In this document: in pieces, positions 21,262 through 30,981 of the stretch
Layout: every line of letters begins with the position of its first letter
Numbering within the stretch: position 1 is the stretch's first letter
Assembly (NCBI GenBank): GCA_965223545.1
Contig: OZ245006.1
Span: 3,840,001-3,904,000 of the forward strand
Length of the DNA stretch: 64,000 nucleotides
Source: Planctomycetota bacterium
Lineage (GTDB): Bacteria > Planctomycetota > UBA1135 > UBA2386
Direction of reading: 5' to 3'
Notes under the pieces: model-generated
The model's input: the letters and a program-made list of their open reading frames with translations, nothing else
The model's database searches: none
What the model was told of the DNA's origin: nothing
Program-made: the position numbers and the translations under genes

Positions 21262-23514
21262 TCACCGCCCGGTGCCGGCTTCGACCACGGCGCGGTAGTG
21301 CCGACGCGCCTGCTCATAGGCCTCCGCGGCGAGCGCCCGTTCCGCCTCCGCGTAGCCCATCTGCTTGGCGGCCCAACAGCGATCCACTGCGCGCAGGCAC
21401 CATGCGGCGCTGGCCGCCACGGCAACCGGTCGCTCGTCGAGCGTGACCCACACCGGATTGGTGTGCGCGGCGCCGAAGATGCGTGCCGCGACCCAGGCGG
21501 ACTCCACGATCGGCACGTCGAACGCGAGCTCGTGCCGCCCGCCATCGGCTTCGATCTCCCGGCGCCCGACCACGGCGCCATTGGCGACGACCTCGACCGC
21601 GACCCTGCGCGCACCACCGATTCTGGCCCGCTCGAGATGCCAGTGTGGGTGTTCGCCATAGCGACGGCACGGACGCCCCGCCAACAATGGATCGGGTTCC
21701 TCGGGCAGCAACGCAGCGGCGGTGAGCGTGACGCGGACCGATCCGGATCGATCGAGAACGACATCAGCACCGCCGACCCCCAGGTCATCCACCGCAAAGT
21801 CCATCAGGTGCGCGCGACCGTCCGACACGTAGCTGCGACCGGCGGCCAGCCCCGCGCGCCACGCCGGTACCGTACAGTCGCCGCCGATGTAGACGTAGGT
21901 GCGAAACCCACCGACCGCTGCATCACGACACGGGAATGCCGAGCCGCCGGCGATCCGCGGCCGCAGGCCGCTGTTGAGCGTGTGGTACCAGATGTTGAGC
22001 TCGTCGGTCGGCGGCGTGGATCCACAAGACACGAAATCGACCGCCGCCACCGGTTCGCCCATCGGCCCTTCGACCGCGTGCGTGACGTTGACGACGAACT
22101 CGTTTGCCCCGGTGCCGTCGAATCGCGGCATGTGGTCATTGGGCAGTTCCACGGTCGGCACGCCCAAGCCGATGCCCGAGTGCAAGGTGCCGCACACTGC
22201 TCCTTGTTTCTTGGCCCAACGCAGCAGGGTCAGCCCCAGCGTCGGCCAGTCGACCAAGTCGCCGGCGAAGTGTTGCTGCCGCAACCCGAGCAGGCACAGG
22301 CCGCCCGCGTGCGCCGGCCCGTGGCCGACGACTGCTACGTCATAGCGCAAGAAATACGGCGGCACTTGGGTCCGGTGCACGCCCCCGTCGAACTCACCGG
22401 CGCCAAACTCGCCATCGACCGAGGCCAAGACGCTGGTGATCTTGAGATCCTCGCCGAGTGCCTGGCGCAGCACGTCGCCCGCACTCAACCCCGGCGTCGG
22501 GTTGCTCGCGATGCCACAGCCTCGGGCATGAACATGGTGGTCCCCCGACCACCACCCGGCTGCGGCTGGATCGATCCAGCGCTCGAGGCGCGCGGACAAG
22601 GCCGTCGGGGCACTGCCGACACCGAGCTCGACAACCTGCGTGCGGTACTCCGGCCCTCGGCCGATCTCGACGCGGTAGTCACCCGGCGCAAGCACGATCT
22701 GCTCGCCGTGCCAGCGGTAGACCTGCGGCTGCAGCCACACGTCGGGACTCAAACGCTTGGCCGGCGCGGGATAGACCCGTCCAAGAGCATCCGTGATTCG
22801 CAGCGACACCGTGGTCGGCTCGCCGGCCTCGTTGTGCAAGTCGAGATCGATCGGAGTCGCCGGCGCGCTGATGAAACGCAGATCGACGGTTTCGAGCCGA
22901 CCGTCGCGATACACGTTCTCGCCGGTATCAAAGGCGATCGCTGCCCGCCGCTCTCCTTTCACCGCGCTGTACAGACTCACGACTCGATACTCCAAACCCG
23001 CGCCGCTCAGTGTCCGCAACGGCCACGGGTCGGTCACCGCCTCGACGGCCAGCCACCGCTGCCAAACCTGGTCTGCGGGTGTGGTGGTCACCGGTAGCAA
23101 ACTGCCGCTCACCATGCTCAGGGGCGAGCGCCACCCCGCCTCGTTGACCACCTTGAACACACAGACCGTCCAGCCGTGCTGGCGGAGCGCCACCGGCACG
23201 TCGGCGGCCGTCGCACGCAGACCGCCCTCCGCAGCAATCCGCACCGCGGCGATGCAGTGTGGGTCCAAGGCGCCCTGCACGACTTCGGCCAAACGGCCGG
23301 CGTCACTCTCGCGTCGTGCGCTTTGCAGTGCGCTCTGCAGCCAGGGAGGCGGCGGCTGCCCGAGGCGGACGAACGCGCCGTGGACTGCGTCGAGGTTGGC
23401 GCGGACCGCGTCGGGATCGGCCTCCTCGACCTTGGCAAAGCGCTGCGCCGCCAGAGTCGGCGCCACGGCGAGGGTGACCGGCAGGATGGCGAGAATGAAG
23501 GGCGAACCAATCAC
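21262..23514 (-). CDS. CehA/McbA-like PHP-fold metallohydrolase, secreted
   Basis: GRGPEY, WWSGDHHVHA, WYHTLNSG, GRSYVSDG, AHTNPVWV; start codon uncertain. Confidence 0.75.
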   Translation of the reverse strand: MIGSPFILAILPVTLAVAPTLAAQRFAKVEEADPDAVRANLDAVHGAFVRLGQPPPPWLQSALQSARRESDAGRLAEVVQGALDPHCIAAVRIAAEGGLRATAADVPVALRQHGWTVCVFKVVNEAGWRSPLSMVSGSLLPVTTTPADQVWQRWLAVEAVTDPWPLRTLSGAGLEYRVVSLYSAVKGERRAAIAFDTGENVYRDGRLETVDLRFISAPATPIDLDLHNEAGEPTTVSLRITDALGRVYPAPAKRLSPDVWLQPQVYRWHGEQIVLAPGDYRVEIGRGPEYRTQVVELGVGSAPTALSARLERWIDPAAAGWWSGDHHVHARGCGIASNPTPGLSAGDVLRQALGEDLKITSVLASVDGEFGAGEFDGGVHRTQVPPYFLRYDVAVVGHGPAHAGGLCLLGLRQQHFAGDLVDWPTLGLTLLRWAKKQGAVCGTLHSGIGLGVPTVELPNDHMPRFDGTGANEFVVNVTHAVEGPMGEPVAAVDFVSCGSTPPTDELNIWYHTLNSGLRPRIAGGSAFPCRDAAVGGFRTYVYIGGDCTVPAWRAGLAAGRSYVSDGRAHLMDFAVDDLGVGGADVVLDRSGSVRVTLTAAALLPEEPDPLLAGRPCRRYGEHPHWHLERARIGGARRVAVEVVANGAVVGRREIEADGGRHELAFDVPIVESAWVAARIFGAAHTNPVWVTLDERPVAVAASAAWCLRAVDRCWAAKQMGYAEAERALAAEAYEQARRHYRAVVEAGTGR

Positions 23515-23647
23515 GGTGGGCGAAGAGGGTAGCGGCTTTCGCCGGTCGCGACCGCGGCCCACCGTGGTTTTGGCTGCCCGGGCGAGCACACGGGCATACT
23601 GTCGGTTCCCACCCTTCGTCCGCCGCGCACGACGCTCGACCCGATTC

Positions 23648-26392
23648 ATGAAGTGCAGCTCTCCGTCACCCGCTCTCGGATGCTTGATGGCCGCGGTGAT
23701 GGTGGCCTGCGGCGATCACCCCGGAGCTGGCCCCGCAGGCCCGACATCGCCCATGCCGATGCGGCTGATCGACCATCTCGGCGACGCCGAGATCGAGAGC
23801 CCACTGATCGGCATCGACGCCGCCCTCGACGCCGACGCTCTGCAGATCGCGAGCACACCCGAGCTCCAGGAGGACTTCTCCAAGTTCTCGTTCGAGGATG
23901 CGGACTGGCCACACCCGCCTTGGGCGAGCATCACCGACGGCGACTCCGGCTCCGCCCTTCACCTGCAGGCTCCGCCACAGACCCCGGCCCACGACTACCT
24001 CGGTGCCGGCTGGCTCGTGCGCGCTACGCCCAACACACACTATTCGCTGTCGCTCCGCGTCCGCGCCCAGCAACCGCCGACTCTGGCGTTCGCGATCGTC
24101 GAGCTGGCGCGGGCACCCGATCCGTCGAAGCCGGCGCGCCCTCGACTGGTCGCGGCAGGGACGCGCCGCGGACTCAAGATGCACTGGCCCAGTCCGGTCG
24201 AGGCCGACGGCCAGTGGCACCGCTCGGCAGTGACGTTGCAGACCAGTCACGCGACCCAGGCGCTCGCCGTCATCTTGCGATCGACGATCAACTCACCGCC
24301 CATGCAGGCCAACGACGTGCAGTTCGACGACATCCGCCTGGATCGGCTGTCACCCGGGCGCGAGCAGCTGGTGGCGCTGCTCAAACCGCGGTCGCTGCCC
24401 GAGACGCCGGCGCCGCACGGCATCGGCAAGCGCGGCCTGTTGCTCCCGCTCCGCTCGGTCGACGGCGCCCAACGGGGCGATGGCAACTACACCTATCGGG
24501 ATGTGCTCTACGCCCCGGCCCCGACCGAGCTGGCATTTCCAGCCGTGCTGCCACCGGACGCCGTACTTCGCTTCGGCGTCAGCATGGCCAGCGAATCCGG
24601 TTTCGGCGACCGCGCGCGTTTCGAAGTCGCCATCCGGGGCGGTGGGCATGAACGTTCCCTTTGGACTCACGAAGCGGTGGCCGATCCAGGCCGCTGGGAG
24701 TGGCATGAGCAACAGCTCGCGCTGGCGGACTATGCGGGCTCGTCGGTCGAGATCGTGCTCCGCACGACCGCCGCGGGAGGCGGTGGCCACGCCATTTGGG
24801 GCAGCCCGGTCATCGACGTTGCATATCGCGGCCCGGGTCCCCGCAATGTCATCCTGATCGCGGTCGACACGCTGCGCGCCGACCACCTGTCGTGCCACGG
24901 CTACGACCGTGAGACATCACCCAACATCGACGCGCTGGCGGCGGACGGCGTGCTGTTCGAGCAGACGTGCTCGGTGTCCAACTGGACGTGCCCGACGTTC
25001 GCTTCCATCTTCACCGGCCTGGTCCCTGCGCGGCACCGCGTGTTCTCTTGGGGAGCCACTGCGCCGTTGAGCAAGCGGTTCGACACTCTCGCCGAACGCT
25101 TCCACCGCCGCGGTTGGAACACGAACGCGATCCTGTTCAAGATTCCGCTGTACGGCGGCGGCTACGACCAGGGGTTCGACGCGTCACACAACGTGCCTCG
25201 GCTCGGAGTGCAGGCCTCCGACAACTTCGCGGTCACTTCGCAGTGGCTGGCCGAGAATGCCGACCGCCGCAACTTCCTGTTCTTGCACTTCGACGACCCT
25301 CACCAACCGTTCACGCAGCCCGCGCCGTTCGATCGGCTCTATGGAGACGACCCCGCCAGCCACGGTCTGACGATCCCGTTTGGCGATCACGAGGAGCCGC
25401 CGCACGAATCCCGGTGGCGCCAGCTGGTGCACGATCTGTACGACGGTGAGATCGCCTACGTCGACGCGAGGATCGGGCACTTTCTCGACGACCTCAAAGC
25501 ACGCGGTCTGTACGACGATGCGTTGATCGCCTTCGTGTCCGACCACGGCGAGGAGCTGTGGGAGCACGGCACCTTCGGCCACGGCCAGATGCGACTCTAC
25601 GACGAGGTCGTTCGCGTGCCGCTCATCATCAAACCCAGCACGGCCGGAGCGGCCTTCCCGCGCGGCGTGGTGGTCAAGAGCCAGGTGCGCAACTTCGACG
25701 TGATGCCGACCCTCCTCGAGCTCGCCGGATTGCCGGTGCCCGACGAGATCGAGGCCCGCTCGCTGGTGCCGTTGCTCCGAGATCCGGATACCGAGGCCGA
25801 CCGCCCAACGGTGATCGAGACCTCCGTGCCCGCGCTGGGCTACCGGGACTCGCGCTGGAAGTACGTCCTCCGCTTCTCGCCGGAGGATCAGAGCGAGGAG
25901 CTGTACTCGCTGCGCGAGGACCCGGCCGAGCAGACCGATGTCGCATCACGGCAACCGATGGAGCTCGAGCGCGTGCGTACCCACGTCCTCGACTACGTCA
26001 TGTTCCATCGCCCCGGCCGCTACCTCGCCGTGATCCAGACGGAGGACGCCGCCATCGGAGTACGTGGCGTCGATGCACCGCGCCCGCTGATCGGGCGCTT
26101 CGAGCGCAGCGCCCAGGAAGGCGCCGTCACCGTGCACTGCGTTGGCACGGAGCGACGCTTCGCGGTGGCGAAGATCGCCGGTCTCGAAAACCTCGCCATC
26201 GACGACGATGCCCTCCCAGTCCGCCCGGAACGGCGCTACGAGCGCGGCACCCTGCAGCGTCTGCTGGCAGAAGGCCTCACCGGCGTGTACCTGTTCGAAG
26301 GTCCACCGGAGATCGAAAGCGACACTCCGGGAACCCTCGACCTGCAGCACGAGGGCGCGATGCGGGCGCTGGGCTACGTCGGGGGCCGATAG
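23648..26392 (+). CDS. Sulfatase-like lipoprotein with N-terminal carbohydrate-binding-like domains
   Basis: Lipobox MVAC; NVILIAVDTLRADHL, DPHQPF, YDGEIAYVD, SDHGEE, RVPLII. Confidence 0.85.
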   Translation: MKCSSPSPALGCLMAAVMVACGDHPGAGPAGPTSPMPMRLIDHLGDAEIESPLIGIDAALDADALQIASTPELQEDFSKFSFEDADWPHPPWASITDGDSGSALHLQAPPQTPAHDYLGAGWLVRATPNTHYSLSLRVRAQQPPTLAFAIVELARAPDPSKPARPRLVAAGTRRGLKMHWPSPVEADGQWHRSAVTLQTSHATQALAVILRSTINSPPMQANDVQFDDIRLDRLSPGREQLVALLKPRSLPETPAPHGIGKRGLLLPLRSVDGAQRGDGNYTYRDVLYAPAPTELAFPAVLPPDAVLRFGVSMASESGFGDRARFEVAIRGGGHERSLWTHEAVADPGRWEWHEQQLALADYAGSSVEIVLRTTAAGGGGHAIWGSPVIDVAYRGPGPRNVILIAVDTLRADHLSCHGYDRETSPNIDALAADGVLFEQTCSVSNWTCPTFASIFTGLVPARHRVFSWGATAPLSKRFDTLAERFHRRGWNTNAILFKIPLYGGGYDQGFDASHNVPRLGVQASDNFAVTSQWLAENADRRNFLFLHFDDPHQPFTQPAPFDRLYGDDPASHGLTIPFGDHEEPPHESRWRQLVHDLYDGEIAYVDARIGHFLDDLKARGLYDDALIAFVSDHGEELWEHGTFGHGQMRLYDEVVRVPLIIKPSTAGAAFPRGVVVKSQVRNFDVMPTLLELAGLPVPDEIEARSLVPLLRDPDTEADRPTVIETSVPALGYRDSRWKYVLRFSPEDQSEELYSLREDPAEQTDVASRQPMELERVRTHVLDYVMFHRPGRYLAVIQTEDAAIGVRGVDAPRPLIGRFERSAQEGAVTVHCVGTERRFAVAKIAGLENLAIDDDALPVRPERRYERGTLQRLLAEGLTGVYLFEGPPEIESDTPGTLDLQHEGAMRALGYVGGR

Positions 26393-26424
26393 GAGGCCGC
26401 GCTCAAATGGTGTACCGTCGCCCC

Positions 26425-26440
26425 TGGCACCGCGGTTGCA
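26425..26440 (+). promoter_or_regulatory. Sigma-54 (-24/-12) promoter
   Basis: TGGCACCGCGGTTGCA gives exact GG-N10-GC spacing, upstream of the FG-GAP gene. Confidence 0.7.
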
Positions 26441-26472
26441 CCGTGCTCTAGGGATCCACAAGGACGACGATC

Positions 26473-29118
26473 GTGACATCCAATCAGTTTCGAATGCGGG
26501 CCGAGCCGAGCCCGCGCGCGGCGCGTTCACTCGTAGTGTGTGCAATGTGTGCTGCTCCCGTGGTGGCGCAGCCGCTGTTCGATGAGCTCGGCAAACGCCA
26601 CCTGCCGCCCGGCTCCGCCGACAGCCGCAGCATCGCGGTCGGCGATTTCGATGGCGACGGCGACACCGACCTCATCTGGGCGGAAGACCGCAGCCGACTG
26701 CACCTGAACGACGGGGCCGGGCGGTTCACCGACGTCACGGCATCGCGCATGCCGAACGTCACGGGAGAGACCTGGGAGATCGCAGTCGGCGACGTCGACG
26801 GCGATGGCGATCTCGACCTGGTGTTGGCCAACGTACTCGGCGCGGGCTTCGTTGGGCAAAACCTGCTGTTCGTCAATGACGGCAGCGGGACCTTCGTAGA
26901 CGTGACCGCCGACCGACTGCCACCGGACCAAGACGCCAGCACGTCGGTCGCGATCGGCGACGTCGACGGCGACGGCGACCTCGACCTCTTGTTCGGCAAC
27001 GGGCAGTTCCCGGCCGGCCAGCGCAATCGGCTGTACATCAACGACGGCAACGGCTTCTTCACCGACCGGTCCGCCGCCCGCCTGCCGGCGTTCCAGGACG
27101 CGACCCGCGCCGTCGTCGTCGGCGACGTCGACGGCGATGGAGACCTGGACGTGATCTTCGGCTCGCGCAGTGGGCGCAGTCGGCTGCATCTCAACGACGG
27201 TGAGGGCTTTTTCTCGGACGCATCGGTCGGCCACATGCCGACCTACCAGGCCGACACGGAGGGCGCCGCGCTCTTCGACGCCGACGGCGATGGTGACCTC
27301 GACCTCGTCTTCGCCAACGGTGGCATCGGTCAGCTGAACCGTCTGTACTTCAACGACGGCAACGGAATCTTCACCGATGTGACCCCGACCAGAATGCCGT
27401 CGCACGTCGCTTCGACGACCGCGGTGGCGGTGGGCGATCTCGACGGAGATGGCGATCTGGACTTGGTCTTCAGCAACACCTCGACCACGCGGAACAACCA
27501 GCTGTACCTGAATGATGGTACCGGCACGTTCGTCGACGCCAGCGCGCGCATGCCGCCGGAAGACCTGTCGACCCAAGCCGTCGTGACAACCGACGTCGAT
27601 GGCGATGGCGACCGCGATCTGCTGTTCGCCAACGCCTTTCGGCGCAACCAGCTGTTCGTCAACGACGGCGCGGCGACCTTCGCCAACGCGTCGGCAGCGC
27701 CGGTGCCCACGTTCCACCGCCCGGCCACCGACGTTGGCGTGCACGACGTCGACGGCGACGGCGACCTCGATCTGATCTTCGGCCACGGGGTCGTGTTCGG
27801 GTCGTTCGCACAGCCCAACGGGCTCCTGCTCAACGACGGTCGCGGCACCTTCGCCGACGTGTCGGCGACCCAGCTACCCGCGGTCAGCCACTCGACCACC
27901 GACCTGGCGATCGGCGACGTCGACGGGGACGGCGACCCCGACCTCGTGTTCGCCAACAAGTCGAGTTTCGGTTCGCGCTGGCAGAACCACCTCCACCTCA
28001 ACGACGGGGCCGGGGCATTCACCGACGCCACCGCCGCGCGGATGCCGGTCGACACCGATGACACCGAAGCGGTGCTGATGGCGGATATCGACGGCGACCA
28101 AGATCTCGATCTGGTGTTCGGCAACAACGGCGGCGCGGGCGCCGGCCAGCAGAACAAGCTGTACCTCAACGACGGGGCCGGAACGTTCACCGACGTCACC
28201 AGCGGGCAGATGCCCATCGGGCTCGACCGCACCCAGTCGATGGCGGCGGGCGACGTCGACGGCGATGGCGACCTCGATCTGGTGTTCGGCGAAGCTCGGG
28301 CTCGCATCTACATCAACAACGGCTCGGGCACGTTCACCGAACCCGCGGAGTCGTTCTCTTCGACCCTCAGCGCGACCCACTGGGACATCGCGATGGGCGA
28401 CGTCGATGGCGATCTGGACCTTGACCTGGTGTTTGCGGCGGGCCCCCGCCCGGTGCTGTACTTGAACGACGGCTCGGGGTTCTTCGTCGACGTCACCGCG
28501 ACCTGGATGCCGCCTGCGGCGGCCAACCCGTACTCGGTGACACTGGACGACGTCGACCTGGACGGTGACCTCGATCTGGTCGTCGGCGGTAGCACTCAGA
28601 ACCGCCTGTACTTGAACGACGGTGCGGCGGCCTATGTCGATGTCACCACCCGGATGCCGGTCGACGGTGAGTGGACGCACGGCGTGGCGACCGGTGATCT
28701 CGACGGCGACGGCGACACCGACCTGGTCTACGGCAGCGACACGAGTTCACGCGTGTACTTCAACCTGCTGCGCCAGCTCGACACACCGTTCCTGTTGACC
28801 GTCGGAATGTCGTACCGGGTCGACGTCTACTCACGCGCTTCGCCCGTGGGTCCTGCCGACGTCGGCTACCCGCTGCTGTCGCCCGCGACGGCGAGTGTTC
28901 CGTTGCCCCCGTTCGGCACCCTCGGCCTCGACCCGTCGCGCGTGGTCGCCCTGCCCCCGGTCGTCATCCCGCAGCCCGCGGGCGTCGGTTCACTGTCCTT
29001 GCCGGTGCCGAGCGCGACCGCGCTCGTCGGAGCTGCGGTGTACGGCCAGGCATTGGTGGTGCGGTCGTCGGGACCCGCGCGGCTGACCAACGTCACCGGC
29101 GATTCGGTCACGCGTTGA
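26473..29118 (+). CDS. Secreted FG-GAP/VCBS repeat protein with the shared C-terminal module
   Basis: About 14 GDVDGDGDLDL...NRLYLNDG repeats; start may be ATG 26494. Confidence 0.9.
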   Translation: MTSNQFRMRAEPSPRAARSLVVCAMCAAPVVAQPLFDELGKRHLPPGSADSRSIAVGDFDGDGDTDLIWAEDRSRLHLNDGAGRFTDVTASRMPNVTGETWEIAVGDVDGDGDLDLVLANVLGAGFVGQNLLFVNDGSGTFVDVTADRLPPDQDASTSVAIGDVDGDGDLDLLFGNGQFPAGQRNRLYINDGNGFFTDRSAARLPAFQDATRAVVVGDVDGDGDLDVIFGSRSGRSRLHLNDGEGFFSDASVGHMPTYQADTEGAALFDADGDGDLDLVFANGGIGQLNRLYFNDGNGIFTDVTPTRMPSHVASTTAVAVGDLDGDGDLDLVFSNTSTTRNNQLYLNDGTGTFVDASARMPPEDLSTQAVVTTDVDGDGDRDLLFANAFRRNQLFVNDGAATFANASAAPVPTFHRPATDVGVHDVDGDGDLDLIFGHGVVFGSFAQPNGLLLNDGRGTFADVSATQLPAVSHSTTDLAIGDVDGDGDPDLVFANKSSFGSRWQNHLHLNDGAGAFTDATAARMPVDTDDTEAVLMADIDGDQDLDLVFGNNGGAGAGQQNKLYLNDGAGTFTDVTSGQMPIGLDRTQSMAAGDVDGDGDLDLVFGEARARIYINNGSGTFTEPAESFSSTLSATHWDIAMGDVDGDLDLDLVFAAGPRPVLYLNDGSGFFVDVTATWMPPAAANPYSVTLDDVDLDGDLDLVVGGSTQNRLYLNDGAAAYVDVTTRMPVDGEWTHGVATGDLDGDGDTDLVYGSDTSSRVYFNLLRQLDTPFLLTVGMSYRVDVYSRASPVGPADVGYPLLSPATASVPLPPFGTLGLDPSRVVALPPVVIPQPAGVGSLSLPVPSATALVGAAVYGQALVVRSSGPARLTNVTGDSVTR

Positions 29119-29222
29119 GGCGTCGGCCGGCTGCGCGACCCATCACGGCGCACTGTGCGCCGTGATGAAGTCGCCGAGGGAGCGGACCACCTTTCCGGCC
29201 GTGTCGACCGTATCGTTGGGGC

Positions 29223-30845
29223 GTGAACTGCATTCTGTCCCTGGCGCTCCTGGCGTGCGCCGCCCTCCCCCATCCGCTCGCGGCCCAACCCGGCGACCCG
29301 CCCGTTCAGCCCCCGTTCGAGAAGCTCGACACGCTCTGCGTCGGCCGCTGGTGGGAGAAGGAGCCGTCCAAGATCGTCGATCTGCGCGTGCCGCGCGACC
29401 AGGTCGTCGCCTTCGGCATCTACACCGTGCACGCCGGCACCCTCAAGCTGTCCGCACAGCTGTTTCCCTTGTACCCGGACGAGAGCCGGGAGGTCCGCCT
29501 GGAGATCCGCACCGGCGACACGTGGCGCGAGGTGGCGCGTGCGCAGATCGACGACATCGGCTGGTCCGCGTTGTTTCGCGTTGAAGACTGGGACCACTCG
29601 GCAGACGTCCCCTACCGCATCCGGCACGCGGAGCAGGCGATGTTCGAAGGGCTCGTGCGACGCGATCCGAGCGACAAGAACGAGATCACGGTGGCGGCAC
29701 TGTCCTGCAACTCCAACCAGGACCGCGGCATGCGGCCGAACTACATCCGCAACCTGCGCCACCACGACCCCGATCTGTTGTTCTTCGCCGGCGATCAGAG
29801 CTACGACCATCGCGAGCACACCGCGGCTTGGCTCAAGTTCGGGCTGCAGTTCCGCGACGTGCTCGCCGACCGGCCGTGCGTGACCATTCCCGACGATCAC
29901 GATGTCGGTCAAGGCAATCTCTGGGGCGAATCGGGCAAGGTTTCGACGCTCCGCGGCGGCGCCGACGGCGGCTACGCCTATCACCCGGAGTACGTGCGCA
30001 TGGTCGAACGCTGCCAGACCGCACACTTGCCCGACCCGGTCGACCCGGCGCCGATCGACCAGGGGATCGGCGTCTACTTCACCCGGCTGCTCGTCGGCGG
30101 GGTCGACTTCGCCATCATCGAAGATCGCAAGTTCAAGTCGGGGCCGGCCGGCAAGATCCCGCAGCAGGGGCCTCGCCCCGACCACATTCGCAACCCCGAT
30201 TACGCACCCGAGTCGGTCGACCTCGACGGCTTGACCCTGCTCGGCGAGCGCCAGCTCGCGTTCTTGACTCAATGGGGCACGGAATGGGACGGCGTCGCGC
30301 TGAAGGCCGTGCTGTCGCAAACCGGCTTCTGCGGCGGCGCACATCTGCACGGCAAGAAGGACAACCGCTTGCACGCGGACCTCGACTCCAACGGATGGCC
30401 GCAGACCGGCCGCAATCGCGCACTGCGCGCCATCGCCGCCGCCAAGGCAGTGCACATTGCCGGCGACCAACACCTCGCCACACTGATCCACCACGGCATC
30501 GACGACTACGGCGACGGACCGTGGGCCTTCGTCGTGCCCGCGATCGTCAACAACTACTACAGCCGGTGGTGGTGGCCGGAGAACCAGCAGCCCGGCGCCA
30601 ACCGCAACCCACAGAGCCCGCTGCCTTGGACCGGCGACTACCGCGACGGTTTCGACAACCGCATCACCATGCACAGCTACGCGAACCCGGACTCACCGTC
30701 GCATGGCGCCGGCTATGGCTTGATCCACTTCGACAAGAAGGCGAGCACGGTGACCTTCGAGTGCTGGCCTCGCGACGCCGACGTCACCTCGCCTGATGCC
30801 GAGCAGTTCGCGGGCTGGCCGCGGACCATCGATGTGGGGCTGTAG
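29223..30845 (+). CDS. PhoD-like metallophosphoesterase, secreted
   Basis: Signal peptide; FFAGDQSY, PDDHDV, IEDRKFK, IAGDQH. Confidence 0.8.
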   Translation: MNCILSLALLACAALPHPLAAQPGDPPVQPPFEKLDTLCVGRWWEKEPSKIVDLRVPRDQVVAFGIYTVHAGTLKLSAQLFPLYPDESREVRLEIRTGDTWREVARAQIDDIGWSALFRVEDWDHSADVPYRIRHAEQAMFEGLVRRDPSDKNEITVAALSCNSNQDRGMRPNYIRNLRHHDPDLLFFAGDQSYDHREHTAAWLKFGLQFRDVLADRPCVTIPDDHDVGQGNLWGESGKVSTLRGGADGGYAYHPEYVRMVERCQTAHLPDPVDPAPIDQGIGVYFTRLLVGGVDFAIIEDRKFKSGPAGKIPQQGPRPDHIRNPDYAPESVDLDGLTLLGERQLAFLTQWGTEWDGVALKAVLSQTGFCGGAHLHGKKDNRLHADLDSNGWPQTGRNRALRAIAAAKAVHIAGDQHLATLIHHGIDDYGDGPWAFVVPAIVNNYYSRWWWPENQQPGANRNPQSPLPWTGDYRDGFDNRITMHSYANPDSPSHGAGYGLIHFDKKASTVTFECWPRDADVTSPDAEQFAGWPRTIDVGL

Positions 30846-30981
30846 GGGGAGTGGCGCGGCGGCGCGGACCACGTCATCCGCCACGAGCTGTGGCGACACG
30901 GGGGTGGCCCTGCCACCGACTACCTCAAATCGATCCCAAGCGTTACGATGCCGGAGTGCGGGAAAAGACAAGGAGCCCAGC

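Noticed and set aside
22793..23647. N-terminal extension of the 1199-aa sulfatase ORF
   Set aside because: It is antisense to the CehA/McbA-like gene; the lipoprotein signal begins at 23648.
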